The notes beneath the pieces were generated by a model, which saw only the letters and a program-made list of their open reading frames with translations, did not search any database and had not been told where the DNA came from. Position numbers and translations under genes: made by a program. 63,331 nt of DNA from Candidatus Parcubacteria bacterium (lineage in GTDB: Bacteria > Patescibacteriota > Minisyncoccia > Phycocordibacterales > UBA918), in NCBI GenBank assembly GCA_046050355.1, contig JBJOPW010000006.1, positions 1 to 63,331 on the forward strand, in the 5' to 3' direction. Shown piece by piece: positions 27,069-33,882 of the stretch (positions within the stretch are counted from its first letter, which is position 1; each line of letters begins with the position of its first letter).

Positions 27069-27193
27069 TGTCAAGTTTACCCCGTTAGAAATCTTACCTA
27101 GTCAAAAGATAGAGACCTGTTTATTTTATAGACTCATACATTACAAAGCTGACACCCAATCAAATATAGGATTTCTAACGGGGTAAATTGACA
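27069..27193. repeat. inverted-repeat pair of the CCGTTAGA/TCTAACGG family in the divergent promoter region
   Basis: TTTACCCCGTTAGAAATC (27076-27093) and GATTTCTAACGGGGTAAA (27170-27187) form a perfect 18-bp pair. Six more bp (TGTCAA/TTGACA) pair after a 1-nt bulge. Each outer end reads TTGACA facing outward. Confidence 0.8.
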
Positions 27194-27215
27194 AATCGAT
27201 ATTCTGTGATACTAT
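27188..27215 (+). promoter_or_regulatory. promoter of the sortase gene
   Basis: TTGACA (27188-27193), 16 nt, then TGaTACTAT (-10 at 27210-15), with the ATG 10 nt further on. Confidence 0.55.
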
Positions 27216-27225
27216 AGAGCAATCT

Positions 27226-27885
27226 ATGTACGACCAACCTTCATTTTTTGATGCACTGTGGGTCAAAAAAGTGCCGTTTCTAATTACCTTTTTTATTATG
27301 TTTACCCTGAGTTACGGGGTCTTATTTGCGATTGATTTCTTGCCAGAACCAAAAACCACTACTCCAACACCTGCCTCTGCCACCACCACTCCGGCTACTA
27401 CCACCAAGGAAGTAGAGGAAGTGGCTCCGGTAGTTATGGCCGAAGAGCCGGTTTCTCTCACTATTCCATCACTCGATCGGGCAGTAACCGTCCTTAATCC
27501 AAAAACCCGCGATATTGTCGAGCTTGACCAGGAACTGCTTAAGGGTGTTGTCCGCCATCCAGACTCAGCGCTCCTTGGTGAAGAGGGGAATGTGGTTATT
27601 CTAGGCCACTCAAGCTACCTCCCAAACGTGATGAATAAGAACTTCCAGGCCCTCAACGGCGTCCAAAAGATGAAGTGGGGGGACATTATCGAGCTAGAAA
27701 GCGATGGTACCGAGTATACCTACCGCGTGGAGAAGGTCTACCAGGCCAAAGCCTCTGGGGTCACTATCCCAACTGATGTCTCGGGCAAGCGTCTCACACT
27801 TGTCACCTGTAACAGCTTTGGTGCCAAAGAAGACCGTTTCATCGTTGAAGCCAAGCTCCTCGCCGAAAAAGCTTTAACCCGCTAG
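27226..27885 (+). CDS. sortase family transpeptidase
   Basis: N-terminal TM anchor, catalytic His (VVILGHSSY), catalytic Cys in LTLVTCNSFG, and a downstream Arg (EDRFIV). Confidence 0.85.
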   Translation: MYDQPSFFDALWVKKVPFLITFFIMFTLSYGVLFAIDFLPEPKTTTPTPASATTTPATTTKEVEEVAPVVMAEEPVSLTIPSLDRAVTVLNPKTRDIVELDQELLKGVVRHPDSALLGEEGNVVILGHSSYLPNVMNKNFQALNGVQKMKWGDIIELESDGTEYTYRVEKVYQAKASGVTIPTDVSGKRLTLVTCNSFGAKEDRFIVEAKLLAEKALTR

Positions 27886-27905
27886 AAAATTAACGGAATG
27901 ATATA

Positions 27906-27940
27906 CCAAAAAACCAGCAATTAGGCTGGTTTTTGGTGTT
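27906..27940 (+). terminator. intrinsic terminator after the sortase gene
   Basis: AAAAAACCAGC-AATTAG-GCTGGTTTTT followed by GGTGTTTT. Confidence 0.75.
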
Positions 27941-27962
27941 TTGGTGGCAGTCTGACTCCGCT

Positions 27963-27983
27963 GATTTCCTAAACGGGCTGAAT
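27963..27983 (+). repeat. single half-site of the same family next to a -35-like box
   Basis: GATTTCCTAAACGGGCTGAAT is followed directly by TTGACA (27984-27989). Its reverse complement TTCAGCCCGTTTAGGAAA resembles TTCAGCCCGTTAGAAGTCC at 38472-38490. Confidence 0.6.
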
Positions 27984-28003
27984 TTGACAGAGTCACGAAT
28001 ATA

Positions 28004-28032
28004 TTGACAAATACCAGCAGATATGATAGGAT
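28004..28032 (+). promoter_or_regulatory. candidate promoter of 28108..28638
   Basis: TTGACA (28004-28009), 17 nt, then TGaTAGGAT (-10 at 28027-32). It gives a leader of about 70 nt carrying AAGGAG. Confidence 0.4.
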
Positions 28033-28107
28033 ATTAAGGAAAAGAACCTTTTGCTCTTTGACTCAGTCAGGGCAATCCAATCGCGGTATTACCGCAAGGA
28101 GCCAAAC

Positions 28108-28638
28108 ATGGACATGGATCGTCGTCAATTTCTCATCTGCCTCGGTGTCACAGGAGTGGCGAGTGTCGTTCCTTCGCTCGCTTTTGCTTGTCCGCAAGGG
28201 CAGGTGAAGCTGAGTGGACAGTGTGTCCCCGAGTTCGCTGATCCTCTTCAAGGAAGAGGGAAGGTCAACACGGAATATCGTCCGACCCTCTGCCTCGCCG
28301 CAGAGCCCTACCGTCTCATGACGGAAAATGCCAAAGGGCAGAAAACCACCGAAGCTCGGTGGGACTACGCCTTCTGGCATGGCGGAAAAGCTGCCCCTTA
28401 CGACATCGGCAAAGTGGTGTCGGGCCGTTGTTACAACGGCCAAAGCCTCGTACACGGCACGGTTGTCATCAACTGGTTCAACTGCCTCGATGCCAAGACC
28501 GGGCGGTGGATCCGCTACTGGTCAGCCACTCGGCCGATCGTGGACAGTGGTGAGTACCAGCTCACCATCTACCACAAGGAGTACGTCGACAGCTTCGAAG
28601 CGCTGCCGCCGGCGCACAAGCACTGGCCGTTGCCCTGA
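28108..28638 (+). CDS. hypothetical exported protein with twin-arginine-type signal peptide
   Basis: AAGGAG (28096-28101) lies 6 nt before ATG 28108. The N-terminus is MDMDRRQFLICLGVTGVASVVPSLAFA. It appears GC-richer than its neighbours and is followed by the hairpin 28645-28672. Confidence 0.65.
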   Translation: MDMDRRQFLICLGVTGVASVVPSLAFACPQGQVKLSGQCVPEFADPLQGRGKVNTEYRPTLCLAAEPYRLMTENAKGQKTTEARWDYAFWHGGKAAPYDIGKVVSGRCYNGQSLVHGTVVINWFNCLDAKTGRWIRYWSATRPIVDSGEYQLTIYHKEYVDSFEALPPAHKHWPLP

Positions 28639-28644
28639 TCTCTT

Positions 28645-28680
28645 GGTGGAAGCAAGTTCGCTTGCTTCCACCCCTTACTT
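28645..28680 (+). terminator. hairpin after 28108..28638
   Basis: GGTGGAAGCAAG-TTCG-CTTGCTTCCACC is a 12-bp stem with a UUCG loop, followed by CCTTACTT. Confidence 0.6.
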
Positions 28681-28746
28681 ATTCTCGCGTACTGGTGTAG
28701 GTGGGAATATAAAGGCTAATCAAAGCTGATAATTAATTCATTATTT

Positions 28747-30834
28747 ATGAAAACTTATATTACTAAATTTATTTTTGTTGCCGCGTTTGCGATTATTATC
28801 GCTTCAGCGGGTTTTGTATTTACTAATACTGTAGATGCTGCAGGTACTTGTGGTAACTGTGGCGGTGGTTCTACCGGTGGTGGATCATCTAGTGGAGGAT
28901 CTGACCCTGACAATGATCCTGATCCGATACATCCGGTCTGTACTCTGGTAACTAATGAGACAACTATTACTGCTGGTCAGACTGTCAAACTTAGCTGGAC
29001 CACAAAACGAGCGGTTTCTGCTAGTCTCAATCGACGGATTGGCGCTGTCACTCCTGTTGATGCCGGTAAAGTCATGGTGACTCCGGATGCAACCATGACC
29101 TACTCAATGACGGTACTCAGTGCGACTGGTCATTCGGCAATCTGTAAGACAACTATTACTGTAATTCCAGCGCCACTTGTACCAACCTGTGACTTCCTCA
29201 AGGCGAGTCCAGTAACTATCACTCGTGGACAGAGTTCAACCCTCTCATGGGGAACCACTAATGTGACGAGTGTGTCCATTGATAATGGTATTGGAAACGT
29301 AGCGGTAGACGGTTCAACTACTGTGTCTCCAACTGATACGACCACCTACACCCTCGCGGGTATTGCTGCCAACGATCGTCGCGTGACTTGTTCACGAACT
29401 GTGACAGTGACTCCAGTAGTAGTGAATGCTCCAGTTTGTGACTTCCTCAACGCTAATCCTGTCACTATCAATCGTGGTCAGAGCAGTGTCCTCTCATGGG
29501 GAACTACGAACGCTACCTTGGTATCAATCAACAATGGTATCGGTAACGTTGAAGTAGATGGTACTCGTACTGTCTCACCACTTGATACGACCACCTACAC
29601 TATGACTGTTGCTGGCACGAACAATCAGTCAGTATCATGTACCCGAGTGATTACAGTAGTACAGCCAGAAGTGAAGATTCCTCGTTGTGAATACTTCAAC
29701 GCTTCTGTGACTACTATCCGCCGTGGTGAAAACGTTACCCTCTCATGGGATACGACAAACACCAACAGTGCCGTGATTAACCCAGGTGTTGGTACTGTAG
29801 CGGTTGATGGTTCAACCACAGTGTCTCCATCTGATACTACTACCTACACCCTTACCCTCACGGGTGACAACAATCAGACCGCATCATGTACTCGTACGGT
29901 GAATGTCGATAGCGGCAGTAACGGTGGTGGCGGCGGTGGATCATCTTCACCAAAGTGTACCCTCAAGATTTCTGACACCAAGATTACTCGTGGCGACCGT
30001 ATCACCCTCAAATGGGATACTTCACGCGCTACTGAAGTAACCCTCAAGGATAGTCATGGCAAGACCCTCGTGTCTACCGATGACAAGAAGTCTAGTGAAA
30101 AGAAAGACCTTTATGACGGTGAAATCACCCTCCGTCCGGAAAAGGATACTACCTACACCCTCCTGGCGGAACGTGGTTCAAAGGACCGCACCTGTAAGGT
30201 ATCAGTGGATGTGAAGGATGGGGTGACAGTAACTGAAGTACGTGATCAGAAGCCAGTAGTAACCGGTATTGCCCTGACACAGGTGCCATACACTGGTTTT
30301 GAAGCTGGTCCATTCCTGACGATGGTATTCTACGGACTCTTGCTCCTCTGGGCTCTCTACCTCGCTTACGTACTCGTAATGCGCAAGAACGGCGGCGCTG
30401 GCACATTGGCCATGGCAACACCTACTCCAGTGGCACCAGTTGCTCCGGTAGCCGCAGCACCAATTTTCGCTGCGAGTACCATCTCAACGCCACGCTTTGT
30501 GGCACCCGTAGTCGAAGCAGTAGCAACACCAGTAGTTGGTTACGCTGCCGCAACAACAATGACTGATGCCGCTTACGAAGCTGTCGCAGAGAAAGTCGAA
30601 GATATGGCTCACGCACAGCATGTCCTTATCTCTAGTGAAGCCATGCGTCACTTTGTTACAGCTACGAGTGAAGCCACTCGTACCGAGATATTGACTGCAG
30701 TGCTCGCTAAGGCTAAGGCTTCATATCCAGCCGAAGATGCTTGGGTCGTCCTCAACATCGACCGCATGAAGAGTGTGATGGCGGCGATGGCTCCGGCTGT
30801 CTCAGTCTTCACTCCACGTTCAGTCGCTGAGTAA
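28747..30834 (+). CDS. surface protein with five Cys-bracketed Ig-like repeats, one TM segment and an Ala/Val/Pro-rich C-terminal domain
   Basis: Signal/anchor is FIFVAAFAIIIASAGFVF. Five repeats of about 85 aa follow the pattern P.C...I..G....L.W.T......I..G.G.V...G...V.P...T.Y.......C...V.V. VPYTG plus a TM segment plus RK sits at aa 513-545. Confidence 0.75.
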   Translation: MKTYITKFIFVAAFAIIIASAGFVFTNTVDAAGTCGNCGGGSTGGGSSSGGSDPDNDPDPIHPVCTLVTNETTITAGQTVKLSWTTKRAVSASLNRRIGAVTPVDAGKVMVTPDATMTYSMTVLSATGHSAICKTTITVIPAPLVPTCDFLKASPVTITRGQSSTLSWGTTNVTSVSIDNGIGNVAVDGSTTVSPTDTTTYTLAGIAANDRRVTCSRTVTVTPVVVNAPVCDFLNANPVTINRGQSSVLSWGTTNATLVSINNGIGNVEVDGTRTVSPLDTTTYTMTVAGTNNQSVSCTRVITVVQPEVKIPRCEYFNASVTTIRRGENVTLSWDTTNTNSAVINPGVGTVAVDGSTTVSPSDTTTYTLTLTGDNNQTASCTRTVNVDSGSNGGGGGGSSSPKCTLKISDTKITRGDRITLKWDTSRATEVTLKDSHGKTLVSTDDKKSSEKKDLYDGEITLRPEKDTTYTLLAERGSKDRTCKVSVDVKDGVTVTEVRDQKPVVTGIALTQVPYTGFEAGPFLTMVFYGLLLLWALYLAYVLVMRKNGGAGTLAMATPTPVAPVAPVAAAPIFAASTISTPRFVAPVVEAVATPVVGYAAATTMTDAAYEAVAEKVEDMAHAQHVLISSEAMRHFVTATSEATRTEILTAVLAKAKASYPAEDAWVVLNIDRMKSVMAAMAPAVSVFTPRSVAE
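28930..30210 (+). repeat. five in-frame tandem domain repeats (about 255 bp each) inside CDS 28747..30834
   Basis: Repeats 2-4 share long nucleotide stretches, for example CCTCTCATGGGGAAC(C/T)AC and GATAC(G/T)ACCACCTACAC. At protein level every unit starts P.C and ends C..V.V. Confidence 0.8.
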
Positions 30835-30860
30835 GCATACTGACACACGATTGGAAGACA

Positions 30861-30894
30861 ACACAAAAACCGCCCTAGAGGGCGGTTTTTGTGT
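30861..30894. terminator. bidirectional terminator between 28747..30834 and thrS
   Basis: ACACAAAAACCGCCC-TAGA-GGGCGGTTTTTGTGT. Confidence 0.8.
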
Positions 30895-30941
30895 TGCTTC
30901 CTTTCGATATCTCTTCAGAGAAAGACATAAACCTTCTATGT

Positions 30942-30995
30942 TTCCTGCCTCCAATTCATGCGATATATCGCATGAATTGGAGGCAGGAATTTTTT
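30942..30995 (+). terminator. second, 48-nt perfect-palindrome terminator
   Basis: TTCCTGCCTCCAATTCATGCGAT-AT-ATCGCATGAATTGGAGGCAGGAA followed by TTTTTT. Confidence 0.7.
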
Positions 30996-31037
30996 ACATT
31001 GCAACTTCTAGTAACATAGAAGCCGTAGTGTTTGCCC

Positions 31038-32816
31038 TTAAAGGACGCGGGTGTCTCGTTCGTGGGTGAGTTGCTCCACGAGATCCCCGAGGGTGAGGAC
31101 TTCCTTAGTACCATCACGTTTTTCGAGGGTGACTGTCTTACTATTCATTTCGTGGTCACCAAGCACAATAAAGTAGGGGAGTCGGTCGGTCTTGGCTTGG
31201 CGAATCTTCTTACCCATTGATTCGTTGTCTTGGTCGAGCGTCGCTCGGAGACCAGCCGCTTTGAGCGTCTCATGTACCTCGGTCGCGTACTCATTATGAC
31301 TATCATTCACGGGCACAATACGGACTTGTTCTGGCGCGAGCCAAAGCGGGAAGTTGCCACCGAGATGTTCGATAAGAACGGCGAGAAAGCGTTCGAGTGA
31401 ACCAGCGATAGCGGCGTGAATCATCACAATGGGTTCCTTCTCACCCTTTTCGTTCGTGCATACGAGGCCAAAGCGTACCGGCATGAGACGGTCGAGCTGA
31501 ATCGTGGCGACCTGGTGAGTGCGACCAATTGAGTCCTTGGCCATGAAGTCGAGCTTTGGCGCGTAGAAAGCTGCTTCACCGATACCTTCAAAGTAATCGG
31601 CCTGACGGTCGGTCGCAATTTGTTTCATGAGAGCCTCGGTCTCTTCCCAGATAGCGCTATCGCCGAGATACTTTTCTTTGTTGGCTGGATCGTGGAAGGA
31701 GAGACGGACTCGAAGTTCAAACTTAAAGGCACCATAAAACTCGTTGATAATATCCCAAATCTTTTCAATTTCTTCCCGCAGCTGTGATTCCCGACAAAAG
31801 ACATGGGCATCATCCTGAGTAATTGAGAGCACGCGGGTGAGACCAGTGAGCTCGCCAGACTGTTCGGCTCGGTAGACCATGGTAGTCTCAGCGTAGCGCT
31901 GAGGGAGGTCGCGGTATGAGCGTGGTACGGCATCATAAATCTGCGTGTGGTGTGGACAGTTCATCGGCTTGAGCACATACATCTCATGATCATCACCTTC
32001 TTTGGCCATCACTTTAAAAAGGTCCTCACTGTACTTGTTCCAGTGACCAGAGGTTTCGTAGAGTGACTTCTTCGCGATATGCGGAATCGTCACATGTTCA
32101 TAGCCACGCGCATCACGGAGCTCTTGCACAAAAGCATCAAGACGCTGACGGAGGGCAGTCCCCTTGGGCGACCACAGTGGCAGCCCAGCACCCACGAGAT
32201 CTGAAAAGGAAAAGAGCCCCATCTCTTTGCCGAGCTTGCGGTGGTCGCGCTTCTTCGCTTCTTCAAGTTGAGTCAGATATGCATCAAGTTCGGTGGCGGT
32301 ATCAAACGCGAGGCCATAGACGCGGGTCAGCATCGGCTTTTTCTCGTCGCCGCGCCAGTAGGCACCAGCGACTTTGTCGAGTTTGAAACTGTCAGCGTCG
32401 ATTTCAGCAGACGGGTTTTCGCAGTGACCACCCCGACAGAGGTCGATGAACTCACTCTTACCAGTACCACAGGTATAGAGGGTAATAGTCTCACCACGAG
32501 CGGCAATTTCTTCGATGAGTTCAAGCTTGAACTGATTCCCGGCAAATACCTCGCGCGCCTCTTCAACTGAGACTTCACGGTGGTTCCAGTTGGTCCAAGT
32601 ATTGAGAAGCTTCTTCATTGCTTTTTCGATGTCCTTAAGGCCGTCGTCGCCGAGGGAGGGTCCGTCCGAAAAATCGATGTCGTAATAGAAGCCAGTATCG
32701 ATGGCCGGGCCAAGGGTAAGTTTGGCGTGAGGGTAGGCATCAACGATGGCCTTAGCCATCAGGTGCGCCAGCGTGTGACGCTTGTGTTCTAGAGATTGGT
32801 TTAGAGTGCTACACAT
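31038..32816 (-). CDS. thrS: threonine--tRNA ligase (no N-terminal TGS domain)
   Basis: Editing-domain HxxxH (HKRHTLAHLMAKA), AGAYWRGD, class II motifs (YRAEQSGELTGLTRV; GSLERFLAVLIE) and a C-terminal anticodon-binding domain. Confidence 0.93.
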   Translation of the reverse strand: MCSTLNQSLEHKRHTLAHLMAKAIVDAYPHAKLTLGPAIDTGFYYDIDFSDGPSLGDDGLKDIEKAMKKLLNTWTNWNHREVSVEEAREVFAGNQFKLELIEEIAARGETITLYTCGTGKSEFIDLCRGGHCENPSAEIDADSFKLDKVAGAYWRGDEKKPMLTRVYGLAFDTATELDAYLTQLEEAKKRDHRKLGKEMGLFSFSDLVGAGLPLWSPKGTALRQRLDAFVQELRDARGYEHVTIPHIAKKSLYETSGHWNKYSEDLFKVMAKEGDDHEMYVLKPMNCPHHTQIYDAVPRSYRDLPQRYAETTMVYRAEQSGELTGLTRVLSITQDDAHVFCRESQLREEIEKIWDIINEFYGAFKFELRVRLSFHDPANKEKYLGDSAIWEETEALMKQIATDRQADYFEGIGEAAFYAPKLDFMAKDSIGRTHQVATIQLDRLMPVRFGLVCTNEKGEKEPIVMIHAAIAGSLERFLAVLIEHLGGNFPLWLAPEQVRIVPVNDSHNEYATEVHETLKAAGLRATLDQDNESMGKKIRQAKTDRLPYFIVLGDHEMNSKTVTLEKRDGTKEVLTLGDLVEQLTHERDTRVL

Positions 32817-32974
32817 AATAATTCAGAGTTACGTACTTCCGTCTTTGCGAGGAGGGAGGAGCTGGCGACGACTGACGCGGCAATCCAGATTGCTTTACTA
32901 TTTTACTGGATTGCTTCATCAGCTCGTGTCCTCGCCTCTTCGCAATGACGGTGATTAATAATGGAAAGAAAAAC

Positions 32975-33018
32975 CGCCCGAGCGAAAAAGTAACAGGAGT
33001 TACTTTTTCGCTCGGGCG
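32975..33018. terminator. bidirectional terminator upstream of the thrS leader
   Basis: CGCCCGAGCGAAAAAGTAAC-AGGA-GTTACTTTTTCGCTCGGGCG is a 20-bp stem flanked by A-rich and T-rich runs. Confidence 0.75.
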
Positions 33019-33199
33019 TTCTTTTGGTAAAGTCGCGGTTCCACCGAGCTTTTATTTTAGGGGTTGGACCCCTAAAATCTCTTAGGACAGATTAGGGTTT
33101 CTAGGCCGTCCGTAAGGACTGGTGGTTGGTAGCCGCCACAATCTCTGTGATAGGTACCATCCTAGCGCGGGATAGGGGAATGGTCAACTAAATGGTAAA

Positions 33200-33229
33200 C
33201 CCCGCGCCGGAATGGGTACCGGCGCGGGG
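33200..33229 (-). terminator. hairpin after 33242..33547
   Basis: CCCCGCGCCGG-AATGGGTA-CCGGCGCGGGG lies 13 nt beyond the stop codon, with TTTACCATTT following on the minus strand. Confidence 0.6.
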
Positions 33230-33241
33230 GGTCAGCGTGAT

Positions 33242-33547
33242 TCACGGGTTCGGGTAGTGGAGGAACAGTGCAATCCATCCTCGAAGTTCATCAAGCGTAG
33301 GACGCTGTGCACCATACGCGGTGCCCTTGGCAAAGTACAGGTTCAGACTTCGCAATCCTGCATCAGGTGTCAGCTTGATGAAGTGCGAAGGCATCACCGA
33401 CTTGGCCATAGTTTCGATTTCGCCACTGGCTGCTTGTAGGATCCTGAAACTATCATCGTTCTGATAGTCGTCACCCCGCATGAACACCATCAACTTGTCG
33501 TGTTCTGCATGCCGTTCGCCTGAGTCAAAGAAAGAACTAAGCAACAT
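33242..33547 (-). CDS. hypothetical protein (SD-led), second gene of a two-gene cassette
   Basis: ATG 33547 lies 7 nt after AAGGAG (33555-33560, minus strand), which overlaps the upstream TAA stop. The listed ORF extends to 33583. The terminator hairpin 33200-33229 follows. Confidence 0.55.
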   Translation of the reverse strand: MLLSSFFDSGERHAEHDKLMVFMRGDDYQNDDSFRILQAASGEIETMAKSVMPSHFIKLTPDAGLRSLNLYFAKGTAYGAQRPTLDELRGWIALFLHYPNP

Positions 33548-33558
33548 CCGTTGTCTCC

Positions 33559-33822
33559 TTAGAAGTCGTGGGTCGTAATCCACTGCCTGAAACCGTTGAA
33601 GTCAGGGGCATGGACTGAGGCACCTTTGAGTGCGGTCAAAGTGAGCACAGAAGCATTAGGGTTCATTCTGAGGCTTACGAACCAGCGCCCGAGATGTTCT
33701 CGCGCCTTCTCCTCAATGTACGTGCGGTTTGTGTTGAGCACCTCCATGTCGCCAATGATGTCGTAAAACGTATAAGCGTCATCTGTTACCCGCTTAGGTC
33801 TTTTTTGCCGCTTAAGCTCCAT
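33559..33822 (-). CDS. hypothetical protein (SD-led), first gene of a two-gene cassette
   Basis: ATG 33822 (MELKRQKRPKRV...) lies 8 nt after GGAGGA (33831-33836, minus strand). The listed ORF starts at 33843. No motif recognised. Confidence 0.55.
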   Translation of the reverse strand: MELKRQKRPKRVTDDAYTFYDIIGDMEVLNTNRTYIEEKAREHLGRWFVSLRMNPNASVLTLTALKGASVHAPDFNGFRQWITTHDF

Positions 33823-33882
33823 TGCCAGTATCCTCCATGGCATCTGGCGTTACACTAGCAAATTGTTATTAATAAAACAATC

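Noticed and set aside
28930-30210. Periodic nucleotide repeats that might suggest a CRISPR or other non-coding array.
   Set aside because: The period is about 255 bp, the repeats are in frame inside a long ORF, and they correspond to Cys-bracketed protein domains. No short direct repeats with unique spacers occur anywhere in the window.
32817-32974. A T-box riboswitch upstream of thrS.
   Set aside because: No T-box consensus (AA..GGGUGGUACCGCG) is present, and I could identify no specifier-loop or antiterminator arrangement. It is kept only as an unclassified structured leader.
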